From the NCBI GenBank assembly GCA_029855935.1, contig JAGSHN010000019.1, positions 41,216-105,215 on the forward strand: a DNA stretch of 64,000 bases, given 5' to 3'. The stretch comes from Candidatus Thorarchaeota archaeon. GTDB lineage: Archaea > Asgardarchaeota > Thorarchaeia > Thorarchaeales > Thorarchaeaceae. Shown here one piece after another: positions 10,105 through 19,246 of the stretch. Positions within the stretch are counted from its first letter, which is position 1, and each line of letters begins with the position of its first letter. Position numbers and translations under genes: made by a program. The notes under the pieces were generated by a model. It was not told the DNA's origin. It saw nothing but the letters and a program-made list of their open reading frames with translations, and searched no databases.

Positions 10105-10674
10105 CTACATCTCCTCCCTTGGCTTGGGTCCTGTTGTCTTCGAACGCTCCATCAGTCCACGCGGGTCGGACCAGTCCTTGCGCAGAGGATACTCGCCTCT
10201 TGGCCAGTTCTCAGGCAGTTCGCAGCGTCTCGGGTTCGGGTGGCCGACGGGGACTATTCCGAAGAGCTCCCGGATCTCGTTCTCCACGAACTCCGCGCCC
10301 GGTACGAGGTCGGTGATCGACGGATACTCTGGCCTGTCACGTGGGACGTTGACCCTGATTGTGATGGCGACTCTCTGGCTGTTCAGGAAGAAGTGATAGT
10401 TTGCCTGCAGCTCCTCTCCCAGGTCCCTGCCTGAGAGTGTGCCGAACTGCCACATATCGTGTTCCCGCTGCATGTACTGGATGAACTCTCTGAGCCTGTC
10501 CGGATGAACCCTCACGAAGACCCTCCTCGGCTGGACATGTACATAGCACTCGTCGACCACAAGGGCGTCGCCCATATCGGCAATGATCCTGTCCAGTATC
10601 TCATACTCCGTCTTGTGGGTGTCGTCGCGTGGTGCTGGGCGCCTCTCGGTCGTCTCTGCCTCTACACTGCTCAT
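10105..10674 (-). CDS. NuoC/EchD-like subunit
   Basis: ENEIRELFGIVPVGHPNPRR...YPLRKD. Confidence 0.9.
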   Translation of the reverse strand: MSSVEAETTERRPAPRDDTHKTEYEILDRIIADMGDALVVDECYVHVQPRRVFVRVHPDRLREFIQYMQREHDMWQFGTLSGRDLGEELQANYHFFLNSQRVAITIRVNVPRDRPEYPSITDLVPGAEFVENEIRELFGIVPVGHPNPRRCELPENWPRGEYPLRKDWSDPRGLMERSKTTGPKPREEM

Positions 10675-11201
10675 ATCTCAGCCACCTCCGTCTCGATAGT
10701 GCCGCACTCTGGTGATGGTGGTGCGGGCTCCTCAAACTCGGGGGCCAGCTGTGCAGGCTCCACTCCCATCATGTCGGCCAGCACCCTCAGGAGCTGGTAC
10801 GCACCGTAGGTGATTGCTGCTGGCTTAGGCGGACAGCCTGGGATGTAGGCCGTCACAGGGATTGCTTGGTCAACGCCACCGAGGACATTGTATGCCCCTC
10901 TGAACACTCCCCCACTACAGGCACACGACCCGACCGCGACCACATACTTCGGTTCGGCCATCTGCTCGTAGATTCTCTGTAGTCGTGGCTTGATCTGCTC
11001 TGTGACGGGTCCGGTGCACAGCATTATGTCAGCGTGACGCGGGCTTCCGACGAGCTTGACACCAAACCGCTCAAGGTCGAGTCGCGGCATCAGGGCGGCA
11101 ATTATCTCGATGTCACAGCCGTTGCAGCTCCCACTATTGAAGTGGAACACCCACGGCGACTTCACCTTCGCCTTGTTGAAGAGTCTCTTCAGGAATCCCA
11201 T
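10671..11201 (-). CDS. Group 4 hydrogenase small subunit (NuoB/EchC-like)
   Basis: SCNGCDIE, SPRHAD, VGSCA, IPGCPP. Confidence 0.93.
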   Translation of the reverse strand: MGFLKRLFNKAKVKSPWVFHFNSGSCNGCDIEIIAALMPRLDLERFGVKLVGSPRHADIMLCTGPVTEQIKPRLQRIYEQMAEPKYVVAVGSCACSGGVFRGAYNVLGGVDQAIPVTAYIPGCPPKPAAITYGAYQLLRVLADMMGVEPAQLAPEFEEPAPPSPECGTIETEVAEI

Positions 11202-11222
11202 GTGTGATGCCCTCCTTGTTGT

Positions 11223-11561
11223 TCACTCATTCTCCGGTGTATGAGACACGTAGGCTGCAGCCACAAGCGTGATGATCAGGTACACAATGACAACCAGTCC
11301 GGGGTTCGACCATGAGAGAAAGAGAACGAAGCCGATGATATCGAACAGCATAAAGTACAGGGCGTAGTTGAAGAAGTGCAGATGGAACTGCACCTTTCCA
11401 CCCAAGAACGCGGGCTCTCCACAGGCGTAGGCCTCAACGGCAGCGCCTGTCCTCCGGGAGGGTGGTGCATATGCCCTCCCCATCAGGAGGAGCATCCCCG
11501 CAAAGATGAGGCTCAGTGCAACGACCAGTATGAGTCCCAGTACCAGCTCCATGCCTACCAC
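11223..11561 (-). CDS. NuoA-like 3-TM subunit
   Basis: YACGE loop (NuoA YECG-like), FFNYALYFMLFDI; first gene of the operon. Confidence 0.8.
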   Translation of the reverse strand: MVGMELVLGLILVVALSLIFAGMLLLMGRAYAPPSRRTGAAVEAYACGEPAFLGGKVQFHLHFFNYALYFMLFDIIGFVLFLSWSNPGLVVIVYLIITLVAAAYVSHTPENE

Positions 11562-11747
11562 TGTCCTGCGTGATACGGGCCGCGCGCATCAGGTCGTACT
11601 AATATGCTTGGTGGTCGAGGCGGCAGACCTGAGCCCAGTGTCAAGTCCTGCCGTACGGTCACAGCGTCTTCCGAACGGGCTCGACGCAGACAATGATATC
11701 TCTCTCCACGTAGAACACAGTACCCCTTGCTGGCGATGTCCCTCCCC

Positions 11748-12287
11748 CTATGGAGGCTGTTCTGCATCTCCACTCTCTAGATGCCTGCGGTAGATCTTGG
11801 CCAGCTCAATGTAGGACTTGGCCCCGACGGCAAAGGCGTTCTTTAGGGTCTCGGAGACCTCCTTGACGACCTTTCCAGGGATGCCCAACACCAGCGAGTT
11901 TGGCGGTATCACCGTGTTCTCGGTCACCACTGCTCCCGCACCGACGACACTATCATCACCGACCTTGGCCCCTGTGAGAACAATGGCGCCAATGCCCACA
12001 ACACATCTGTCGCCAATCTCACACGCGTGGATGACCGCATTGTGCCCAGCGGTGACATAGTCGCCGATGTAGGCGCCATTGCCGAAGGTGGTGTGCACGG
12101 TCACATTGTCCTGTATCGAGGTGCCCTTTCCCACCCGGATCTCGTTCATATCACCGCGCAGGACGGCAAACTCCCAGATGGAGGTGTCTTCGTCGACCTC
12201 GACATCGCCAATCAGTGACGCTCTGGGCGACACGTACGCCCGTGGATGGACTCTTGGAAACTTGTCCTCGAAGCGGTACAGTCCCAA
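11748..12287 (-). CDS. Gamma-carbonic anhydrase family (PaaY/YrdA) hexapeptide protein
   Basis: LRGD, IQDNVTVH and GHNAVIHAC His ligands; LbH repeats. Confidence 0.92.
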   Translation of the reverse strand: MGLYRFEDKFPRVHPRAYVSPRASLIGDVEVDEDTSIWEFAVLRGDMNEIRVGKGTSIQDNVTVHTTFGNGAYIGDYVTAGHNAVIHACEIGDRCVVGIGAIVLTGAKVGDDSVVGAGAVVTENTVIPPNSLVLGIPGKVVKEVSETLKNAFAVGAKSYIELAKIYRRHLESGDAEQPP

Positions 12288-12374
12288 CTCTCAGCACCAA
12301 TCAGTTCACAGCCCAACGGTTCCTTAAGCTTATGTATTGCACCACTTCCATGTGAGGGTCGGAGTGATCTCACA

Positions 12375-12992
12375 TTGCCGTGGACCCCGATGCACTATCC
12401 ACTGGCCTACGTGCTCAGACGTGTTGACAAGCGTCTATCGCTCCCTGCGCTCACTGTCGGAGCTGTGCTGCCTGACGTCGAGGTGCCCATTCTGATTCTC
12501 TTCTTTCCGACCCTCCCCGACCATCTTGTACTGCATAGTCTGCTGGGCGCCCTGACAATCGGTGTGGCAATGGGAGTCCTCGTCACCCGTCTGTTCTATG
12601 CGCCACTGATGGGGCGGCTCTTCGCCCTAGACAGACAGCGTCTAGACCGCGAGTGTAGGCTGTCGCCAATGCTCGTCGTTTCGACGGTATTGGGCCTGCT
12701 CAGTCATCTCGGAATTGACTATCTGATGCATCCGTTCAACCCGCTCCTCTGGCCGCTGGTCGATCCCTATTCGTTGCCGGGCCCCCTTGTTGTCCTCCTC
12801 GCAGCAGACGGTGATCTCTCAATCGGCTTCTTCAATGCTGCGCTTGTGACCAACAGCCTGATGGTAATTGCGTGGCTGACCATATTGTTCGTGGAACGTG
12901 GTCCCAGGCTGTGGACTCATCTCTGGGTGGCACCACAGTCGGGCTATAGCAAGCCGCTCTCCGTGGTCACAGATGCTGAAGCCACAGTGTGA
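12375..12992 (+). CDS. DUF4184-like membrane metal-dependent hydrolase
   Basis: MPWTPMH, GAVLPD, HSLLG, SHLGID..H; TTG start inferred. Confidence 0.7.
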   Translation: MPWTPMHYPLAYVLRRVDKRLSLPALTVGAVLPDVEVPILILFFPTLPDHLVLHSLLGALTIGVAMGVLVTRLFYAPLMGRLFALDRQRLDRECRLSPMLVVSTVLGLLSHLGIDYLMHPFNPLLWPLVDPYSLPGPLVVLLAADGDLSIGFFNAALVTNSLMVIAWLTILFVERGPRLWTHLWVAPQSGYSKPLSVVTDAEATV

Positions 12993-13024
12993 GCGAGTTC
13001 TCGGGTTGCATGCGAGGGAGTCGT

Positions 13025-13585
13025 CTACGAGGCCTGTGTCAAGGCTCTCTCTCCAGCCTTCATTCCCAGCTCCAGAGCCTTGAGATTAGTCTCGGCGAAA
13101 CGCGGCCATCGTTGAACTATCCGGTCCTTGAGTCCCTCAATTGAGACGGCCTTGGTGATGACAGAGAAGGCACCGAGCATCACCACGTTGGTCGCCTGCT
13201 TTGTGCCGACCTCCTTGTCTGCAATCCTTGTTGCGGGTATCTTGTACACCCTGACCCCCCTCGGTAGGTCCCCCTCAATCTCCACGAGGTCCTCATCCAC
13301 TATCAGGACGCCGTTCTCCTTCAGACCATCCTTGTACGACAGGTAGGCTGCCCTGCTCATCGCGATGAACACGTCGGGCTCCTGTACCTTTGGATAGTCG
13401 ATCTCCTCCTCATCGTCCATCACAACCTCGCCCTTGCTCGCACCGCCTCTGGCCTCTGGACCGTAGGACTGTGTCTGCACAACGAACTTTCCGTCGTAGA
13501 GAGCTGCGGTCTCTCCCAGTATTACTGCCATCGTCACTATGCCCTGTCCGCCAAAGCCAGCTATCCTGATCTCATATCGGGTCAT
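13025..13585 (-). CDS. korC: 2-oxoacid:ferredoxin oxidoreductase gamma subunit
   Basis: AGFGGQG, QSYGPEARGGAS, NVVMLGA. Confidence 0.9.
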   Translation of the reverse strand: MTRYEIRIAGFGGQGIVTMAVILGETAALYDGKFVVQTQSYGPEARGGASKGEVVMDDEEEIDYPKVQEPDVFIAMSRAAYLSYKDGLKENGVLIVDEDLVEIEGDLPRGVRVYKIPATRIADKEVGTKQATNVVMLGAFSVITKAVSIEGLKDRIVQRWPRFAETNLKALELGMKAGERALTQAS

Positions 13586-14433
13586 CGGGCCTCACTCCTT
13601 GCCTTCTCTTGGGCCTTCTTCAGGACCTCCGTGTACTCGGGCTTGTCGATATCTACAAACTCCCCACAGACAATCCTTGAGTCGTATTCGAGCTCGGCCT
13701 CGTGTGGCGGAAGTCCGTTCTGGATGTCTGCGACCTTGAGGAGGTGTCTATGCATCTCCACGCCATCACCCAGTCTGTTGCTCCTTCCGTACGATGTGGG
13801 ACAGGCACCTACTATCTCAACAAATGAGAAGCCCCTCTTCGCAATGGCCTTCTCAATCGACTTGGTCGCTCTTCTCACTTGGACTGCCGTCCAGCGTGCC
13901 ACAAAGGTGGCCCCCGATGAGGCCGCGAGTTTGACGAGGTTGAATGGCCATTCGATGTTTCCAATCGGCCGTGGACTGGTCTGTGTGTATCTCTCGTGTT
14001 CGGTGGTCGGACCGAACTGACCACCAGTCATCCCATAGTTGAAGTTGTTGAGGCACACGACCGTGATGTCGATGTTGCGTCTGCAGGCATGAATCAGATG
14101 ATTACCACCGATTGCAGCAATGTCGCCGTCACCTGAGACCACTATCACCTCAAGCTCTGGATTGGCTATCTTGACGCCCTCCGCAAATGCGATTGGGCGG
14201 CCGTGCGTTGTGTGGAACGTCCCGGTCTTGAAGTATCCCGAGACGCGTCCCGTGCAACCTATGCCTGAGACTATCACGACCTTGTTGAAGTCTATTCCGA
14301 GATTCTCTATGGCCCGGGCGACCATACCGGTCACTATTCCGATCGAGCAGCCGGGACAGTAGATCCATGGCAGCCTGTCGGTACGCATGTACTTGGCCAG
14401 CGGATGTACGAGAGTGTCAGACTCTGTAGTCAC
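13582..14433 (-). CDS. korB: 2-oxoacid:ferredoxin oxidoreductase beta subunit
   Basis: CPGC, SGIGC, HGR, GDGD TPP motif, YGMTGGQ. Confidence 0.93.
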   Translation of the reverse strand: MTTESDTLVHPLAKYMRTDRLPWIYCPGCSIGIVTGMVARAIENLGIDFNKVVIVSGIGCTGRVSGYFKTGTFHTTHGRPIAFAEGVKIANPELEVIVVSGDGDIAAIGGNHLIHACRRNIDITVVCLNNFNYGMTGGQFGPTTEHERYTQTSPRPIGNIEWPFNLVKLAASSGATFVARWTAVQVRRATKSIEKAIAKRGFSFVEIVGACPTSYGRSNRLGDGVEMHRHLLKVADIQNGLPPHEAELEYDSRIVCGEFVDIDKPEYTEVLKKAQEKARSEAR

Positions 14434-15566
14434 TGTGTAACGACCTCCCTTATCTTCTGCAGTATCTCCTGTGGCAGCTGTGGGGTCCCCACGGGCTTCC
14501 TCATCATATGCACGGGGGTAGTCCCTGCGCTTGCTCGTACCATATGATAGAGCTGGCCCATGTTCTGCTCAGCCACAACTATATGACGCACCTCGCTTGC
14601 AAGGTCCATTATGGCCCGCTCTGGGAACGGCCATATGGTCTTGAGCCTGAGCAGTCCTGCCTTGAGCCCCTGCCTACGCGCCTCACGAATGGCCCTCTTT
14701 GCGCTGCGTGATGGAGTACCGTATGCTATGATTGCGACATCAGCGTCGTCGAGTTGGAATCTCTCCATCTCCACGATCTTGTCGACATTCCTGAGTATCT
14801 TCTCGTTGAGCCTAGTGATCAGCTCCATCTGAACGTCGTCCTTGTCCGACGGATAGCCTCTCCAGTCGTGAGTGAGACCTGTGGCGTAGAACTGATACCC
14901 CGACCCGAAGGTCGCCATTGGTGGGACGAGGTCTTCGTCTGGCTTGAAGGGAAGGTACTCCTCCGGTGGCACTGTGGGCCGTTTGCGATCTACAATCTCA
15001 AGGTCCTTCTCATCCGGGATGACGAGTTTCTCTCGCATATGACCAACGGTCTCGTCCGCGAGGACAAAGACTGGCACCCGGTATTGTTCAGCAAGATTGA
15101 ACGCCCTGACTGTCTGGTCGAACATCTCCTGCACAGATGCGGGCGTGAGAGCAATGATCTGGTAGTCTCCGTGGCTCCCCCACTTGGCCTGCATCACATC
15201 GCCCTGCTGCCCTCTCGTCGGCTGTCCAGTGCTCGGACCGCCTCTCATTATATTGACGAGGACGAGTGGTGTCTCGGTCATCACAGCAAGCCCGATGGCC
15301 TCCATCATCAGGCTGACACCCGGTCCTGAAGTGGCAGTCATCGCCTTTGTTCCTGCCCAAGACGCACCAATCACACTGGTTATCGACGCAATCTCATCTT
15401 CATACTGGACATAGGCGCCACCGACCTGTGGCATCCGGATTGCCATCCACTCCGCAATCTCCGTTGCTGGCGTGATGGGATATCCTCCGAAGTACCTACA
15501 GCCAGCACTCAGCGCGCCCTCCGCACAGGCGACATCGCCCATTGTGAACATCACCCGCTCTGGCAA
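14430..15566 (-). CDS. korA: 2-oxoacid:ferredoxin oxidoreductase alpha subunit
   Basis: GYPITPATE, EDEIAS, ATSGPG, RGGPSTG. Confidence 0.93.
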   Translation of the reverse strand: MPERVMFTMGDVACAEGALSAGCRYFGGYPITPATEIAEWMAIRMPQVGGAYVQYEDEIASITSVIGASWAGTKAMTATSGPGVSLMMEAIGLAVMTETPLVLVNIMRGGPSTGQPTRGQQGDVMQAKWGSHGDYQIIALTPASVQEMFDQTVRAFNLAEQYRVPVFVLADETVGHMREKLVIPDEKDLEIVDRKRPTVPPEEYLPFKPDEDLVPPMATFGSGYQFYATGLTHDWRGYPSDKDDVQMELITRLNEKILRNVDKIVEMERFQLDDADVAIIAYGTPSRSAKRAIREARRQGLKAGLLRLKTIWPFPERAIMDLASEVRHIVVAEQNMGQLYHMVRASAGTTPVHMMRKPVGTPQLPQEILQKIREVVTQ

Positions 15567-15926
15567 CTACTCGTCCTCCTCCTTCTCTCTCTTTGCACGC
15601 TCCTGCTCGAACTCCGGGATCAGTGTCCCCTCCTGAAGCGTTCCCTTCTCGTATGCCTCTCGTGCCTTCTCTCTCTCTGTCAAGAAGATCGCCATATCCG
15701 GGCATATTCTCTCACAGAACTCGCAGTTCACACACGCATCAATGTCGCACGCCGTGACGGGATGGTACCCCTTCCGGTTGTACTTGCTCATATCGAGACA
15801 CAGCACATTCTTCGGGCAGAACTCAACGCAGAGGCCGCACTGCTTGCACTGCTCTTGGAGAATGACCAGAACCTTCTCTCTCTTTCTGGCCGGTCTTGGT
15901 ACTATTGGTCTGCGGACGGTTGACAT
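15567..15926 (-). CDS. korD: 2-oxoacid:ferredoxin oxidoreductase delta (ferredoxin) subunit
   Basis: CKQCGLCVEFCP and CVNCEFCERICP. Confidence 0.88.
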   Translation of the reverse strand: MSTVRRPIVPRPARKREKVLVILQEQCKQCGLCVEFCPKNVLCLDMSKYNRKGYHPVTACDIDACVNCEFCERICPDMAIFLTEREKAREAYEKGTLQEGTLIPEFEQERAKREKEEDE

Positions 15927-16133
15927 CGCTGACTACTCCTTGCCCAACGCGTCATCGGCGGTGATGCGGAGCGTTGACCGATGGTCTTCTCCATCGGCGA
16001 CCCTCGCAGAATCCCACCGCTATAAGAGCATTACCTTGTTGGCCTGTCCTCTTCCTGTTGGAAACAGCCACAGTTAAGTTCACGTATTGTATCACCTGCA
16101 CGCACAGACAGAGAACGAGGTGGACTGTGCGTC

Positions 16134-16607
16134 TTGCCCGACGAAGAGATTGACGAGAAAGAGCTCGCAAAGGCGCTTAAGGGCAAGACGCTACAGGTAT
16201 ACTGGTATATGCTACGTCATCCCGAGCCGCTGACCGCCAGAGAGATTCAGCGTGGCACACGCCTGTCTAGTCCCTCCTTGTCAATGCATCATCTAGAACG
16301 TCTGCGTGCGCTCGGACTTGTGGACAAGAACGTCCACGGGGAGTATACGGTCAGGCGTGATGTGCGTGTTGGAGTGCTGAAGCTCTTTGTTGGTCGTGGT
16401 CGTCTGATGGTCCCCCGCTTTCTCTTCTATGCCACCTTCTTCTCATCGATAACCGCCGCACTGCTCACTGTCATCATACTCACGTGGAGCATCGCCGAGT
16501 GGGTCGCTGCCACCTTTGTGGCGCTGGAGATCCTGACGTGCCTCATACTGTGGACCGAGGCATTTCGCATATGGAGAGAACAACCTTTTCCGGAGGGTGA
16601 GGATTGA
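16134..16607 (+). CDS. Membrane-anchored winged-HTH regulator
   Basis: AREIQRGTRLSSPSLSMHHLERLRALGLV HTH followed by two hydrophobic helices. Confidence 0.8.
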   Translation: MPDEEIDEKELAKALKGKTLQVYWYMLRHPEPLTAREIQRGTRLSSPSLSMHHLERLRALGLVDKNVHGEYTVRRDVRVGVLKLFVGRGRLMVPRFLFYATFFSSITAALLTVIILTWSIAEWVAATFVALEILTCLILWTEAFRIWREQPFPEGED

Positions 16608-17629
16608 GTACTACGGTTAGAACTATCTGTCTTCTGACACACCGTTATGGTGTGAACATAAGACAGGGCATATTCCGTCTGAGGCGCAGCAGACGCATTG
16701 CACCGCTTATGGTGCTGATGCTGTCCATCGCACTGGCCAGTGCACTTGCCGTCCCGCTGGCCACAGAGACCACGACGGTGTCTTCTACAGCTCCGGTGAG
16801 AGAGGTGATGGGGGCTGCTGGCACCCCGAATGTCACACTCACCTATAACTCTCTGTGGAATCAGACAGAGTCGCCAGTCCACTCTGGTGATCGCATCGAG
16901 GGTGACCATATTGTCCTATTTGCTCGCTGGAGCCCTGCTTCTTCTGTCAACTCCTCAACGATTGAGGTCAATGCGACAGTCGTTCCAACGGTGATATGCG
17001 CGACGAACGACTCTGCGGTCGTGTCCGTAGACACGCGGGCGCTGGGAAACAACTTCACCTGCACGATCAATATGACCGCTCATTTGGCGAATGGGTCCGT
17101 CGTATACCAGCTTGTGGAGGACGTCTTCCTTGGGAACTTCTTCACCCCGCACGTGACAGTGGTCACTCCCAACGGTGGTGAGGTATGGACCGGTGTCAAC
17201 AACATCACGTGGGTCGCGTGGGACAACAACACCGAGGAGACACTGACCTTCGAGGTGCTGCTCTCATCTGATGGCGGCAAGACCTTCGAGTTGATAGCAA
17301 GCAAGATAACGGTCACTTGGTACGAATGGAACTGCACTCCCTTCTATCATCTCGACACCTATATGGTCAAGGTGCGAGTGACCGACGGGATCTACTGGTC
17401 AGAGGACACATCTGATGGCCTCTTTTCGGCAGGTGAGGTGCCTGTTCCGACAACAACCACCACTACCACCACTACCACCACGACAACCAGTACAACGCCC
17501 ACGACGAGTACTACCACAACAACCACTGCGCCAATTACTGAGCCTGCCATCATGTTCCTCGCTGCCGTGATGATCGTCGCCTCAGTCTTTGCTGTGGCCG
17601 CATACTACTCCGCCCGCCAGTGGATGTGA
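16604..17629 (+). CDS. Cell-surface glycoprotein with Thr-rich stalk and C-terminal TM anchor (start uncertain)
   Basis: Signal peptide, many N-x-S/T sequons, VTVVTPNGGEVW Ig-like domain, poly-Thr linker, TM. Confidence 0.8.
   Translation: MSTTVRTICLLTHRYGVNIRQGIFRLRRSRRIAPLMVLMLSIALASALAVPLATETTTVSSTAPVREVMGAAGTPNVTLTYNSLWNQTESPVHSGDRIEGDHIVLFARWSPASSVNSSTIEVNATVVPTVICATNDSAVVSVDTRALGNNFTCTINMTAHLANGSVVYQLVEDVFLGNFFTPHVTVVTPNGGEVWTGVNNITWVAWDNNTEETLTFEVLLSSDGGKTFELIASKITVTWYEWNCTPFYHLDTYMVKVRVTDGIYWSEDTSDGLFSAGEVPVPTTTTTTTTTTTTTSTTPTTSTTTTTTAPITEPAIMFLAAVMIVASVFAVAAYYSARQWM
17450..17527 (+). repeat. ACN-codon low-complexity tract encoding a poly-Thr stalk
   Basis: acaacaaccaccactaccacc... 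with synonymous variation. Confidence 0.85.
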
Positions 17630-17710
17630 CACTCTGACAGGCTGACAGATGGTCATCCACGTGGACGAAGATGCTACACAAGGCAACACTAGGTCATAGG
17701 CGATGGCATC

Positions 17711-18613
17711 TCATTGGCCAAGGATGCGGCTGAGGAGGTCCTCGGTACTGATGACATGCTTGTGTAGACCCAGCTGTTCTGGCTCAAGGCCGAGCGCCAG
17801 CCCCAGAAGCTGTGTATAGTAGAGCACCGGCAGGTTGTACCTGTTCTCGCCGAGTTCCTTGTTGAGCTGCAGTTGTGAGAACTCGAACTGTAGATGACAG
17901 AAGGAACACACGTTGATGACAGCGTCTACTCCCGCAGCCATCATATTGTCGAGCTTCTCTCTGGCGATGTCAACGCTCACGGGCGCATTGCTCCCACGGA
18001 CGCCGCCGCCCGCACCACAGCACATGAACTTGTCCCGGTACTGCACACTCTCTGCACCGGTCGCCTCCACGAGTTCATCAAGGAACCTGTGCCTCTGAGT
18101 TCTTCTCCAAGGCCTGTTCTTGCTCGGTTTGAGCAGATGACACCCATAGTGGACCGCCACTCTGAGGCCCCTCAGTGGTCGCTTGACGAGTTCCCGTATT
18201 CTGTCCAGCCCGACGTCGAAGTAGATTACCTCGATGAGATGTCGGGCATCCACGTTCCCGGTGAACTTGATACCAAGCCCCTTGAAGACCCTCTGAACCT
18301 CTGCGAGCCGTTCAGGATGCTCGTGCAGCTCTGCAAGGGTTTCCTTGAATGTGCCATAGCACCCGTTGCAGCCAGTGATGATGTCGTGTCCGGCCTGCTC
18401 GGCAAGGGCGAGATTCCGGGAGGCCAGAGCAAGCCAGGTCGGCTCGTCAAACGACCTGATTACACCGGGTGCAGGGCAGCAACTGGCCCCTTGGAGATCC
18501 TCGAGCTCAATGCCAATGCGTGGCAGGACCTCCCTGATACTCTTCTCCACGTTTGGAAAACGATTCGGCATCACGCAGCCGAGAAAGAATGAATACGTTC
18601 TGCTCTCAGTCAT
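17711..18613 (-). CDS. hdrB: Heterodisulfide reductase subunit B (copy 1)
   Basis: Two CCG domains: GC, SCCPAPG, CNGC, HYGCH, CCGAGGG, CSFC. Confidence 0.93.
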   Translation of the reverse strand: MTESRTYSFFLGCVMPNRFPNVEKSIREVLPRIGIELEDLQGASCCPAPGVIRSFDEPTWLALASRNLALAEQAGHDIITGCNGCYGTFKETLAELHEHPERLAEVQRVFKGLGIKFTGNVDARHLIEVIYFDVGLDRIRELVKRPLRGLRVAVHYGCHLLKPSKNRPWRRTQRHRFLDELVEATGAESVQYRDKFMCCGAGGGVRGSNAPVSVDIAREKLDNMMAAGVDAVINVCSFCHLQFEFSQLQLNKELGENRYNLPVLYYTQLLGLALGLEPEQLGLHKHVISTEDLLSRILGQ

Positions 18614-19161
18614 TGACCGGACTCCTCCGTGCTCTCAATGAGGTCGATAAAGCCGGTCCTCCGCATTATCTCCTGGACCTGTTCCAGAGCCTCCCCGCTG
18701 GAGTGTGTCGTCGGCGGAATCTCCTGAAGCCCGAGCTCCCTGCGCATCTCCCGGTTCGCGTCGTCAAGTGGTACTGCGTGTCCGGTCTTGATCAGCTTCC
18801 GCGACGCCTTTCTGTGCTGAGGCAGCATAAAGCCCTCCTCCACGGCCATGTTCCTCATTATGATGATTGCATCAGTCACCTTGATCTGTCGCGGACAGCG
18901 TTCGAGGCATGTGAGGCACGTTGCGCACAGCCACAGATCGGGGGACGTGAGCACCTCCTCTTTCAGTCCGAGAAGTGCCTTCCTGATTATCTCCCGCGTT
19001 CTGAAGGCCGTTCTTCTGCCGCTGGGACAGACACTGGAACACGTGCCGCACTGAATACAGGTACGTATCCTATCAGCCCCAGCCTCAACAAGGGTGTCCA
19101 CAAACTTCGGGTCAATGTCCTCATCATCAATGATATCGCGGACAATAGTGGAGTCGGTCAT
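18610..19161 (-). CDS. hdrC: Heterodisulfide reductase subunit C (copy 1)
   Basis: CIQCGTCSSVCP, CATCLTCLERCP, TGHAVP. Confidence 0.93.
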   Translation of the reverse strand: MTDSTIVRDIIDDEDIDPKFVDTLVEAGADRIRTCIQCGTCSSVCPSGRRTAFRTREIIRKALLGLKEEVLTSPDLWLCATCLTCLERCPRQIKVTDAIIIMRNMAVEEGFMLPQHRKASRKLIKTGHAVPLDDANREMRRELGLQEIPPTTHSSGEALEQVQEIMRRTGFIDLIESTEESGQ

Positions 19162-19246
19162 CAGGAACCCTCAACGCTTGTACTGGCGTGGAAGCGCGGC
19201 TATCAAGACGATATAAGCCTTCAGTACGGAAGTGCTGTTCTGATGC

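Noticed and set aside
7402-11561. NADH dehydrogenase (complex I) or Mbx/Mbs call
   Set aside because: The large subunit retains all four Ni-ligating cysteines and the small subunit has CxxC rather than CC
17450-17527. Tandem repeat or CRISPR-like array
   Set aside because: In-frame poly-Thr codons with wobble variation and no spacers
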